Source of the DNA: Roseibacillus sp.
GTDB taxonomy: Bacteria; Verrucomicrobiota; Verrucomicrobiia; Verrucomicrobiales; Akkermansiaceae
Assembly (NCBI GenBank): GCA_965242925.1
Contig: CBDEUM010000022.1
Coordinates: 32,001 to 96,000 of the forward strand
Direction of reading: 5' to 3'
DNA length: 64,000 bases
The position numbers and the translations under genes were made by a program. The notes below the pieces were generated by a model, which saw only the letters and a list, made by a program, of their open reading frames with translations, searched no databases and was not told where the DNA came from. Of the stretch, positions 42,601 through 51,779 are shown one piece after another; the stretch's first letter is position 1, and each line of letters starts with the position of its first letter.

Positions 42601-45600
42601 CTCCCAGGTGATCGCCCTGGACTACCGTATCAAACGCGATGACGGAATGGTGCTCTACCTCAATGGAACCGTCATCGGCCGCGACAACGTGGAGGCGGAT
42701 CCCGACTACCTCACCGAGGCAAGCAACGGATCGAGCCGGGAGGATGACTTCCTTGATCCCGATGATCTCGATTTCGCCGCCGAAGACATACACTCCCTGC
42801 TCGTCGATGGCACCAATACCATCGCGGTCGAGATGCACCAGGACGACGACGAGAGTTCGGACATCAGCTTTGACTTTGAACTGACCGCCGCCTGGCCGGC
42901 AACCAATCCCGGGAACCTCACCATCACCGCCACCGCGGCTCAGCAGCAGGCCCGCAAGACTCTCACCAGCCTTCACGACCAGGCCGTTACTCCTGTAAGC
43001 GGCACCTTGCCCGGCGCCTCTACTGCCTGGGAGGGAATCGTGCATCTTACAGATGACACCACCGTCCCGGTCGGACACGTCCTCACCATTCATCCCGGCA
43101 CCCTCATCCTCGTCGACGGTGATCCCACCAGCGAAGGCACCGGGGGACGCGACCTCATCGTGCAGGGACATATCGAGGCGGCGGGAACAGATACCCGCCC
43201 CATCACCTTCACCTCCTCCGCCGACAATGCGCCCTGGGGCCAGATCCTCTTCGACAATTCCCAGTCTGCCCGGTTCAGTTTCAGCAACATCCACCGGGCC
43301 GGTCATTCCCCCCGCGGAGGACACACCGACCACGGCCGGGTCCTGCGCATCATGGGATCAGACGTCACCTTCGAGAACTGCACCATCTCCGATAACCGCG
43401 GCAAGGTGGGACAAACCGACAGGCAGGGAGGTTCCGACTCGGTGATGATCTTCCGGGAGTGTCACTGGGCACGCTCCGTGATGGGAATCGAAACGTTCGA
43501 CACGGGCGTCCTCATGGAGGACTGCTGGATCACCGACATGCTGGGTCAGTACCGTGAGGACGGGGTAACCGATGACAACGATGCCATCTACCTGCACGGC
43601 GCCGGACCCGGCCAGTCCATCACGCTTCGCCGACTGGTCGTCGCCAACTGCGAAGACGATGGCATCGACACCCTGGATGCCGACCTCCTGGTGGAGGATT
43701 CCATCAGTCGCAATATCACTGACAAGGGCATGAGCATGCTGGGGGGAACAGCCACCGTAACGCATTGCCTTTTCACGTCCTGTGACATCGGGTTCTCCGC
43801 CAAGAACGATGCCAGCGCCACTCTCCGGTTTTGCACCATCACCGATAACGGCGCCATGGGCCTGCAGGCCGAGAACAAGAACGGCAACGACGATCCCAGC
43901 TTCTACGATATCACGAATTCCATCATCTGGAACAACGGGGACGACATCCGGACGGACTACGATCCCTCCGACATCACCGTGGGGCACACCCTGATCGGCC
44001 AACCCTGGCCCGATGCTGCCGGCCAGGACCCGGGCAACCTCAATGTCGATCCGCTCTTTGTTAGTCCGGAAACCAATAACTACCATCTCACCGCCTCTTC
44101 CCCTGCCAGGAATACCGCAGATCCAGCCCTTCCCCCCGATCCGGACGGCACCAGCCGGGACCTCGGCCGCCATCCCTATGACAACGTCTTCGACGGGGCG
44201 GGATCCGAGATCCGCTGGCTGACCGCCAACGGCCCCTATCGAATAACGTCCGATGCCACTGTGCCCGCCGGAAACAACCTCGTCATCGAGGCCGGTGCCA
44301 ACGTCTACTTTGAACCCGGGACCCGCCTCACCGTCAACGGCACGATCCGCCTGGAGGGCAGCCCCACCAGCCGAGTGCAGCTCACCAGCGTTCCGGGAGC
44401 CCCCTTTGAGAACGACTCCGCCAGCGATGACCTTCCCCCGGGGCCACCCAAGTGGGACGGAATCAAGATTGTGGACTCGATGGATCCCGCCAACCGCATT
44501 GCCCATGTCGACATCCGCAACGCCCAGCACCGGGAAGGATCGATCGGGATCCTCCGTTCACAATGCGTGATCGATGACGTGCGTTTCAGTGGCACCCACA
44601 TCCGCATGATCTACACCGATGACGCCTCCGTCATCATTGAGAACTGTATCTTCCCCGACATGTTCGCCCCAGATGAGCAGGCTGCCGCACTGGGCCTGGA
44701 CAACATCAGCGAACACGTCAAGGGCGAAGGCGACATCCCCGCGGGCGGTCGCTACATCATCCGCAACAACAGGTTCGGAACCAACAAGGGCCACAATGAC
44801 GTGGTTGACGTGGAGAGCGGAAGTCGGCCTGGCCCCATCGTCCAGATTCTCAACAACTATTTTGCAGGATCGCGCTGCGAGGAACTGGATCTTGGCGGCG
44901 ATCTTTACATCGCCGGAAACATCTTCACCAACATCTTCAAGGATAATGAGACCTCCGACCGCGGCTATGCCAGCGCCATCTCCACCGGAGACAGGTCCAA
45001 CACCACGACAATGCTTGCCCGCAACATCTTCTGGGACGTCGACCACGCCATCAGCCTGAAGGGCGAATCGGATACCATCTTTGAAAGCAACACCATCTAC
45101 AAGATCCACCCCGACTTCGTGGACACCTTCGACAACAACAACATCGGATCCGCCATCAACCTCTTCGTCCCCGGCGACAGCTCGCCCACTCCTGCGGCAG
45201 CAGCCTACGCCAGTTCCAATATCTTCCTTGATATCCCCCGGGTATTCGGCAACGCCGACATGCTTACCGAGGACTCCACCTTCCGGACCCCCCTGGAGTT
45301 CTTCCATAACCTCGTCGACCCCGCCATCATCGACACCAGCGTGGGGATCGAACATACGGGAGAGACGATTTACGACCTCGGCACTGGAAGTTTCACCGGG
45401 CTGCCCCTTTTCGCCGATCCCGACAACGGCGACTTCAGCCTCCTGCCAGGATCTCCCGCGCTCAACGCCGGACCACTCGGAGATGACCTCGGCGCCCTCG
45501 TATCCGATCAAATCCGGATCACCGGGGAACCACCCGCCTTTACCACTTCAACCAGCGTCACCCTCACGGTGGGTGGGCCGGGACTCTTCGGTTATCGCTA

Positions 45601-47623
45601 CCGGGTCAACGACGGCCCCTGGAGCGCAGATCTCGACATTGGCAACGCGAACGGCCTGGTTCCGGGTGATCCCGCCGTGCGAACGGCGCAAATCGAACTC
45701 CCTGAACTGGCTGACGGCACCTACACCGTCTTCGCGGAAGGGCGCACCTTTGCCGGGGTCTGGCACTCCACCCCGACCGCATCCCGGAGCTGGACGGTCG
45801 ATTCAACCCTCTCCCGTCTCGTCATCAACGAGGTTCTCGCCGACAACGACGGAGCAATCGCGCACGAGGGCACCTTCCCCGACATCATCGAACTCTGCAA
45901 TTCAGGCTCATCTCCCGTGGATCTTGCCGGAATGAGCCTCTCTGACAACCCCGACTCTCCCGACGAGTTCACCTTCCCCGCGGGAACTACCCTCGCCCCC
46001 GGCGATTTCCTTGTCCTCTTCGCCGACGATCCCAACGGCACCTCGGGCATCCATCTTCAATTTTCGCTCAGCGCTTCTGGAGAAGGTGTCTATCTGTTTG
46101 ATGCCCAGGCCCGCGACCGGGTCCTGCTCGACTCCATCGAATTCGGTCCGCAGGTCCCCGGTCTCTCCATCGGCCGAAATCGTAGCGGTGACCAGTGGAC
46201 CCTCGACATCCCCACCCCTGGTGCCCCGAACGTCGCGCAACCTGCCGGGAATCCCGCCACTCTGGTTATTAACGAATGGATGACCGAAGGCGATGTCCTT
46301 TACCGGGACGACTGGTTTGAAATCCACAACCCTGACCCGCTCCCGGTAGCCCTGGCAGGATTCAGTGTGAGTGATCATCCTGATAACCCCCAGCACCACG
46401 CCTTCCCGCCCCTCAGCTTCATCGCCGGAAACGGCTTCCTTAAGCTCATTGCGGACCGCGATGTGTCCGCCGGTCCTGATCATGTCCCCTTCGCCCTCGA
46501 CGCGGATGAAGACCGTCTTTCCCTCTTCGATCCCGATGGCAGAATGATCGACCAGGTCATCTTCGGACCACAGGCATCGGACATCTCACAGGGACGCTGG
46601 GATCCCTCCGTCACGGGACTTGGTTACTTCACCCTTCCTACCGGTGGACTCGAAAACAGCCGCGAAGGGCAGTCGGGCATCCCCGGTTTCGACAATGCTC
46701 TCGCCCTCCTGCGGCACCTCCGCATTTCCGAGATCATGTACGAGCCCCAGAGCGGCATACCATACGAATTCATTGAACTCAGAAACACCGGACCGGTGAT
46801 CCTCGATCTCACCGGATTGCGCTTCACCGACGGGATCTCCTTCACCTTCCCTTCCCTGACCCTTGACCCGGGCGAAGAGGTTCTCGTGGTCGGGGATCTC
46901 TCCGCCTTCGAGTCCCGCTACGGAACGGCGCTCAATGTGGCCGGGGTCTTCGGCGGAAATCTGGACAACGACGGCGAAAGGATTATCCTCTCCCTGCCCC
47001 TTCCCTTTGACGCAGCCATCCTGCGCTTCACCTTCGATCCCATCTGGTGGCCCTCCACCGCTGGCTCCGGCCGCTCGCTGGAACTGCGCGAGGCGCTCCC
47101 CGCCGCCCGTGACTTCGACTTGAGATCCAGCTGGGAGCCCAGTGCCCAGGTGGATGGAACCCCCAACGGGGGCGCCATTCTCATCCCCACCGAATTCCAG
47201 GCCTGGCTCGCTTTCTACGGGCTGACTCCTCTTGAGGATGGTGACCATGACAGCCTTGTGGCCCTCATGGAATTCAGCCTCGGCCTGGATCCGCTCCTCG
47301 ATCTGGGAATCCATGGTCCCGTCTCCCTCCCGGCGGTCACCCGTTCCATCGACGATCGCACGGTCATCTCCTTCGCTCTTCCCGTAAACACAACCGCCAC
47401 CGACGGCTACGGGGCAACTGACATCGTTTACACGGTGGAGACCTCCAGCGATCTCTTGAACTGGAACGCCCTGCTCACCAAGACTGATGAGACCTCCTTT
47501 ACCGGTCCCGGTACGCTAATCGAGAATCCGCCCTTCAATGGAGGCGTGCGGGTGAGCATTACCGATGACCAAGCCGACCTCCTTCAACACTTCATCCGGC
47601 TGAAGGTAGACTATGCCCCCTGA
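39686..47623 (+). CDS. Giant secreted lamin-tail / CotH-kinase / CBM-like / parallel beta-helix protein (~2645 aa)
   Basis: ATG 39686 gives a signal peptide ending …PVVA|DPVINEI. Four LTDs (VINEI/VINEV/VINEW/ISEIMY). CotH motifs RNRGASSR, DDYGLY, PHDLD. WNYLDNGSDQG…AELGYGD…TTYFRKDF module. Two beta-helix regions (DDGID, DELD-like). Confidence 0.88.
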   Translation: MQQFAALRLPQRRASSLFPVALLALILPVVADPVINEIFYHEDHGINPENLLTEWIELHNPTPAALDLSNWTLSRGVSYAFPPGTSLPANGYLVVAADTPAFNAAHPGIDNGTNVFGPWIGRLQNSGETIELEDAAGRRADRVHFADEGDWAIRARGPLDNGHQGWTWLATHDGGGSSLELINPALSNKRGQNWASSAVAGGSPGAVNSVASGTGAPLILNVRHDPVIPRSSDTVVISAELEHATITGSATLHWRVDDQESWSSQDLVDNGRGELNSEIPGHPDGTVIEFYLSTSNGVAERTWPGPVQPSGEQEANALIQFDNSYDPTAPWVPGAQPKYRIIMTEDERAELADIGDNNESPRNEEDSNAEMNCTFIVEDGTGLALRYLSSVRNRGASSRNPPPNNFLVKFRSDEDWNGQPSIKFNARYPHSQVFGSWYFRHGGVETANASAALLRINGEDLARSGSNMYGSYARLESFGSAYTENHWPLDPDGNFYQVRDDEDANEEGDLRYEGADPDSYRNTYFKKTNQSEDDWSDLIALTNALNNAPEETYLQEVGQVLNIDQWLTYFALDTLAGNREGGLITSKGDDYGLYRGVKDPRFLLVPHDLDTVFNLGSITVDTNRSLWSFDDLPGLTRFFQNDEIVYRYYARLLELLNGAFDPAILHPMIDELLDDWVSEDEIEDAGDWVTGRLDGARNRIPDSFSADCTLPLDDGFFRTTDGTAQFSGEFRAGRVLSVLLNGVEANRTQRSGAWQFEVNPGDTFFNPGLNRVVVQCFSGPAGTGSVIDQTFLDVWNDTGTTTDVSGTLIGEIPVGSLKIVTRDSYLPSHPILVRLEFRDPDGSFNRNLWETTATLTSDVQGVTLTPDTVTIRNGLGSALVKIAGGAGGIQTNLINTGEIWNYLDNGSDQGTSWRDQEFNDDSWRSGPAELGYGDNDEATEVRFGSDEDNDRNDEDNKYITTYFRKDFTIADASQVIALDYRIKRDDGMVLYLNGTVIGRDNVEADPDYLTEASNGSSREDDFLDPDDLDFAAEDIHSLLVDGTNTIAVEMHQDDDESSDISFDFELTAAWPATNPGNLTITATAAQQQARKTLTSLHDQAVTPVSGTLPGASTAWEGIVHLTDDTTVPVGHVLTIHPGTLILVDGDPTSEGTGGRDLIVQGHIEAAGTDTRPITFTSSADNAPWGQILFDNSQSARFSFSNIHRAGHSPRGGHTDHGRVLRIMGSDVTFENCTISDNRGKVGQTDRQGGSDSVMIFRECHWARSVMGIETFDTGVLMEDCWITDMLGQYREDGVTDDNDAIYLHGAGPGQSITLRRLVVANCEDDGIDTLDADLLVEDSISRNITDKGMSMLGGTATVTHCLFTSCDIGFSAKNDASATLRFCTITDNGAMGLQAENKNGNDDPSFYDITNSIIWNNGDDIRTDYDPSDITVGHTLIGQPWPDAAGQDPGNLNVDPLFVSPETNNYHLTASSPARNTADPALPPDPDGTSRDLGRHPYDNVFDGAGSEIRWLTANGPYRITSDATVPAGNNLVIEAGANVYFEPGTRLTVNGTIRLEGSPTSRVQLTSVPGAPFENDSASDDLPPGPPKWDGIKIVDSMDPANRIAHVDIRNAQHREGSIGILRSQCVIDDVRFSGTHIRMIYTDDASVIIENCIFPDMFAPDEQAAALGLDNISEHVKGEGDIPAGGRYIIRNNRFGTNKGHNDVVDVESGSRPGPIVQILNNYFAGSRCEELDLGGDLYIAGNIFTNIFKDNETSDRGYASAISTGDRSNTTTMLARNIFWDVDHAISLKGESDTIFESNTIYKIHPDFVDTFDNNNIGSAINLFVPGDSSPTPAAAAYASSNIFLDIPRVFGNADMLTEDSTFRTPLEFFHNLVDPAIIDTSVGIEHTGETIYDLGTGSFTGLPLFADPDNGDFSLLPGSPALNAGPLGDDLGALVSDQIRITGEPPAFTTSTSVTLTVGGPGLFGYRYRVNDGPWSADLDIGNANGLVPGDPAVRTAQIELPELADGTYTVFAEGRTFAGVWHSTPTASRSWTVDSTLSRLVINEVLADNDGAIAHEGTFPDIIELCNSGSSPVDLAGMSLSDNPDSPDEFTFPAGTTLAPGDFLVLFADDPNGTSGIHLQFSLSASGEGVYLFDAQARDRVLLDSIEFGPQVPGLSIGRNRSGDQWTLDIPTPGAPNVAQPAGNPATLVINEWMTEGDVLYRDDWFEIHNPDPLPVALAGFSVSDHPDNPQHHAFPPLSFIAGNGFLKLIADRDVSAGPDHVPFALDADEDRLSLFDPDGRMIDQVIFGPQASDISQGRWDPSVTGLGYFTLPTGGLENSREGQSGIPGFDNALALLRHLRISEIMYEPQSGIPYEFIELRNTGPVILDLTGLRFTDGISFTFPSLTLDPGEEVLVVGDLSAFESRYGTALNVAGVFGGNLDNDGERIILSLPLPFDAAILRFTFDPIWWPSTAGSGRSLELREALPAARDFDLRSSWEPSAQVDGTPNGGAILIPTEFQAWLAFYGLTPLEDGDHDSLVALMEFSLGLDPLLDLGIHGPVSLPAVTRSIDDRTVISFALPVNTTATDGYGATDIVYTVETSSDLLNWNALLTKTDETSFTGPGTLIENPPFNGGVRVSITDDQADLLQHFIRLKVDYAP

Positions 47624-47626
47624 GCC

Positions 47627-48070
47627 CTACCGCCGGTTGCGATTCTGGTTGTAGCGCCGGTTCAATTCACGAGCGCGCTCAGCCTGCTTCTTATTGAACT
47701 CCCGGCGCTTCTCCTCCAGCTTGTTGTCGGCCTTGGCCGTGATCCGGCTCGCCTTGTAGACCGTGTCAGCCTCGCTCTTGCCGTAGCGGAGGACTCCCCC
47801 GGCAACCGACGCCTGCATCCCCGCCTTGAGATCACCCAGGGAGGCCTTCCTGCCGTTCACCAGGATTCTGGTGAAACTCGTGATCTTGTAGGTCTTCTTG
47901 CCCACTGTGACGCTGTCACCTCCCACTTTCCTGATGGTGGGCAACTCGGAGGCCGCTCCCTTGCGGGTCGGGGGCACGATCCTCCGTTTGTTCTTGTTGT
48001 CGCCAAAGGATGGGGCCGGAAGGAGAATGGCACCTGCCAGGATCAGCACGGAGGCACGGAACATCTTCAT
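47627..48070 (-). CDS. Small basic secreted protein (possible DUF5666-like OB fold plus coiled tail)
   Basis: Signal peptide. YKITSFTRILVNGRKASLGDLKAGMQASV pattern. Confidence 0.7.
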   Translation of the reverse strand: MKMFRASVLILAGAILLPAPSFGDNKNKRRIVPPTRKGAASELPTIRKVGGDSVTVGKKTYKITSFTRILVNGRKASLGDLKAGMQASVAGGVLRYGKSEADTVYKASRITAKADNKLEEKRREFNKKQAERARELNRRYNQNRNRR

Positions 48071-48189
48071 TTGGATCCTTAGTAGCGTCCTCCCTCCCTC
48101 CTTTCAACCTCGGATTCCAGAATCCACCGCAGCCCACCAGTCATAACCGACTGCAGGCAAATGCCCGGAGAGCTCCTGAAACGCTGGCG

Positions 48190-49224
48190 CTAGGGTCTGG
48201 TTGCCATGATCGCGCTGCGGTCTCCCCCGGTCTCAAATTGCTGCACATCTGCAAACCCCACGCCCTCCATGACTGCACGGATTTCAGCAACTCCGTAACA
48301 ACGTCCCCGCGTAATGGCAACCAGGACGGTCGAATATTCCGCCACCGCACGCGGACCACTCTTGTCCTCGTTGAGGAAGGCCTCGTGGGCCACCACTAGT
48401 CCACCACTCGGCAGGGAGTTGTATGACTTGCGCAGAAGGGCCTCTACTTCCGGCAGATCCCAGTCGTGCAGCACGTTTGAAAGCAGGTGGACATCATGAT
48501 TGTCCGGATAGGCATCCCGGAACATGTCACCCTCCACCACTTCAATACGGTGATTCAGCTCTCTCTCGGAGATTGCGCTTTCCGCGATCTTGTCCACCGG
48601 GATTTTTTCGAACACGGTGGCATTCAGCCCCTCGTTCGCTGCAACCAGGCAACAGGCATAAATTCCCGACCCCCCTCCTATATCGAGCAATCGAGTTCGC
48701 CCTGACAGATCCAGTTCCCCGGCCAGTTTCTGCCCGAGAAATACACCCCGGCAATCCATCGCAGCAGTGAACATCCGGGCGAATTCCGCGGACTCCATGG
48801 CCTCGTGCCAATCTGCTTCGGCCATTTCACTCTCCCAGTTGCCCGGCTTGCCCGTTCGCATCACGGTCAACACCTCCTTCACCACCGGGCGATCTTCCAG
48901 CGACGCGTAGTAGGATCCCAGTGCCCAGGGAGAATTGCGGCCCAGGTGCTCCCTGCACAGTTCAGTGGCTGAAAACCGATCCCCCTCTCTCTCCACCAGA
49001 CCATTCGCACAGGCCAGCGTCATAAGCACGTCTGCAGGCCGTTCGTGAATCCCGCAATGCTCACAGATCTCCTCCAGACTCGCCGGGGATTCCGCCAACC
49101 AGCTGAACAGATCGAGGTGCACGATCGCACAGGCCAGAAAATCCGCCGCATAAATTCCGTCGCGATAACGCAGGAGCGGAGTGGGATCTGACTTGGGGAG
49201 CTCAGTGAGATCAAAGGATGCCAT
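48190..49224 (-). CDS. SAM-dependent O-methyltransferase (Methyltransf_2 with N-terminal dimerisation wHTH)
   Basis: LLDIGGGSG, EGDMF, LSNVLHDW. Confidence 0.9.
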   Translation of the reverse strand: MASFDLTELPKSDPTPLLRYRDGIYAADFLACAIVHLDLFSWLAESPASLEEICEHCGIHERPADVLMTLACANGLVEREGDRFSATELCREHLGRNSPWALGSYYASLEDRPVVKEVLTVMRTGKPGNWESEMAEADWHEAMESAEFARMFTAAMDCRGVFLGQKLAGELDLSGRTRLLDIGGGSGIYACCLVAANEGLNATVFEKIPVDKIAESAISERELNHRIEVVEGDMFRDAYPDNHDVHLLSNVLHDWDLPEVEALLRKSYNSLPSGGLVVAHEAFLNEDKSGPRAVAEYSTVLVAITRGRCYGVAEIRAVMEGVGFADVQQFETGGDRSAIMATRP

Positions 49225-49372
49225 CTCGCCGGAGACTAGAGCCCAGGGTGCCACTACTTGGCAAGAACTGGCTCCTCGGAGTCATCCCGCAAAGCCTGAG
49301 CTTCCCCCTCCTGCAGTCTGACACAGGGAACCGGTCCATGCATCACCCGGCATGATCGGAAGTTCCACCGCC

Positions 49373-50035
49373 TCACTCCCTGGAATCACCAACCGAAGCG
49401 GCCCTTCGGCGCATTACAGCCGGTCCAATGACAGCCCACAGCAGCGGGGGTAGTCCCGCGCTCAAAACAAGAGCAACTGCAGGATTCTCGTGCCCCCAAT
49501 CCCCGATTGTCGCAAAGGTGAATCCCAGGGGCAGGCTTCCGCAACCCAGCGCCATGAGAAACCGGCGGCAGGGCATCCGCACCAACCCGGCAAGACAGGC
49601 AATCACCTCAGGCATGATCGGAAGCCAGCGTGAAAGGGCCACCATCCAACCACCGGCCTTCCCCCCGAACAGTGCTTCGCCCCTGGCCAGATCCTCCTTG
49701 CCCGCAATCCACTCCGCCGCCGGTCGCCCCAGCTTCCAGCAGAGCCAGTAGGCCAGAATTCCGGACAACATCGATCCCGTTACCGCAAAGATCCCTCCCA
49801 GCCATGGCCCATAGACGTAGCCCAGTGCCGACATCACGACCGTCCCAGGAATGGGGAGGACCAGATCCGAGAGCAGCAGTCCGATTCCACCCAGCCATGC
49901 CCAGGCTCTCCCCAGCTCCATCAGCCAGGTGTTCGTCTTCTCCACGTCAAAACGCTCAGCGAACTGGTCACCCCAGAGCACGAAAGGCACCAGCACAAGC
50001 ACAGCCAGGATCAGGAAGAGCCAGAAAAGACGCAC
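49373..50035 (-). CDS. VTT / DedA / TVP38-TMEM64 family membrane protein
   Basis: DLVLPIPGT, GYVYG, SRWLPIMPE. Hydrophobic profile. Confidence 0.85.
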   Translation of the reverse strand: MRLFWLFLILAVLVLVPFVLWGDQFAERFDVEKTNTWLMELGRAWAWLGGIGLLLSDLVLPIPGTVVMSALGYVYGPWLGGIFAVTGSMLSGILAYWLCWKLGRPAAEWIAGKEDLARGEALFGGKAGGWMVALSRWLPIMPEVIACLAGLVRMPCRRFLMALGCGSLPLGFTFATIGDWGHENPAVALVLSAGLPPLLWAVIGPAVMRRRAASVGDSRE

Positions 50036-50139
50036 GGAGGAACGCGGTTGGTCGCCACCAGCCTAGCGCTATTCCCCGAGGAAGTCACGGATTGCGCTCG
50101 CGATCTCTTTCTACCCGACGATAAACTCCCCTGCAAACG

Positions 50140-50604
50140 ATGTCCAAGCCCAGTCCCGAACCCTTTGAGCTGTCCGATCTTCCCGTTCTCGCACGCAGGG
50201 TCATCAAGGAGGCCAAGTTCCCCATGCTGGCCAGCATGGATGGCGATCAACCCCGCCTGCGCCCCATCTCTCCCGTGCGCACGGATGGCTACAACATCTA
50301 TGTAGCCAACCTGCGCAGCTACCACAAGACGGGCGAGATCGAGATCAACTCCAAGGTGGAGCTATGCTATCTCTCCCCTGATCATGACCAGCTCCGAATC
50401 ACCGGAGTGGCCCATCCGCTCGGCGAAAGTGAGCAATCCCTCATCAATGAAATATGGGAAGAGAATCCCCTCCTTCGCCAGTACCTCGGCATGAGTGACA
50501 ACCCCGAGCTGATCATCTACCGCATCGTGGCCCACCGCGTGCGCTTCATGCGTGAATGGGCTCTGAACTACCACGATGTGCCCCTGCCCATCGACGTCGG
50601 CTAG
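50140..50604 (+). CDS. Pyridoxamine 5'-phosphate oxidase-like FMN-binding protein
   Basis: LASMDGDQPRLRP…K..EI..N.KVELC…QLRITG. Confidence 0.85.
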   Translation: MSKPSPEPFELSDLPVLARRVIKEAKFPMLASMDGDQPRLRPISPVRTDGYNIYVANLRSYHKTGEIEINSKVELCYLSPDHDQLRITGVAHPLGESEQSLINEIWEENPLLRQYLGMSDNPELIIYRIVAHRVRFMREWALNYHDVPLPIDVG

Positions 50605-50641
50605 GGAAACGGGGCGGCAGGGAAGACTCCGGGCCGGGGAT

Positions 50642-51646
50642 CTACACCCACCCCTGGCTCGTGTCCCCGAGCGCAACCAGCTTCTCCTGCCTGATCCGCA
50701 GGGCTTCCTCGATGACCTCCAGTTCTTCCTCCGTCAGAACCCAGTCCCCCCCGCCCGCGGTCTGCTCGATCTGTGACGGCTTGCGCACGCCCACGATGGC
50801 CGAGGTCACTTCCCGCCGACGCAGCACCCAGGCCAGCGGCAACTGAGCCATGGGACGACCCGCTCCCTCCGCAATCGGGCGAATGGTTTCCACCACTTCC
50901 AGGTTGAGGTCCAGTTGCGGCGGCGTGAACTTGGGATCGCGGCTGCGGTGGTCCTTGTCCGAGAGGGCCCGTGCCCGTTCCCGGGTGAAAGCCCCGGTCA
51001 GCAGACCCTTCATCATTGGGCTGTAGCACACCACTCCCACTCCCTTTTCTCTACAGTAGGGGAGACGATCCTCCTCAATCTCCCGGTTCAACATGCTGTA
51101 GGGAGGTTGCAGGGAAGCAACGGGATGGATCGGCTGCAGACGCTCCATCTGCTCCACGCCGTGATTGGACACCCCGATCTCACGGATCTTGCCCGCCTTC
51201 TTCAGTTCGGTAATGGCAGTCCAGGCCTCCTCGATGTCTCCATCGGGATCGGGCCAGTGAACCTGGTAGAGATCGATGCAGTCCACACTCAGGCGACGCA
51301 GGCTGGCCTCACATTCCGCCACCACACTTTCACTCTTCAATCGTCCCAGGACCGTCCCGTCCTCCTGCATGATCCGTCCGCACTTGGTCGCCACGAGGGG
51401 ACGCTCTGATTCCGGGATCTCCCGCAAGGCCTTCCCCACCAGCACTTCGCTGGCTCCATCCCCGTAGATCGCCGCGGTATCAATCCAGTTCACCCCCAGT
51501 TCCACCCCCTTCCGGATGCCCACGATCGCCTCGCGCTCATCCTGGTCACCCCACCCGAAGGCCCAGTCGCCCCCTCCGATGGCCCACGTCCCGATCCCGA
51601 TTGTGGTCAACTCCAGTTCACTGCTGCCCAAGCGTCGTTTCTGCAT
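50642..51646 (-). CDS. Aldo/keto reductase
   Basis: GIGTW, IDTAAIYG, ATKCG, IDLYQVHWP, GKIREIGVSN, YSPM. Confidence 0.93.
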   Translation of the reverse strand: MQKRRLGSSELELTTIGIGTWAIGGGDWAFGWGDQDEREAIVGIRKGVELGVNWIDTAAIYGDGASEVLVGKALREIPESERPLVATKCGRIMQEDGTVLGRLKSESVVAECEASLRRLSVDCIDLYQVHWPDPDGDIEEAWTAITELKKAGKIREIGVSNHGVEQMERLQPIHPVASLQPPYSMLNREIEEDRLPYCREKGVGVVCYSPMMKGLLTGAFTRERARALSDKDHRSRDPKFTPPQLDLNLEVVETIRPIAEGAGRPMAQLPLAWVLRRREVTSAIVGVRKPSQIEQTAGGGDWVLTEEELEVIEEALRIRQEKLVALGDTSQGWV

Positions 51647-51779
51647 GCTGTGAAAGAACTGTCCCGGGTCCCTGCTGTCAACGATTTCACTTTTCTCCTC
51701 CTCCAAATGCCGGACCTCAGATCCTGGCAACCTGAAATTCGATCTTGGACTGGTCACAGGGACCAGGCCAAGATCGATC

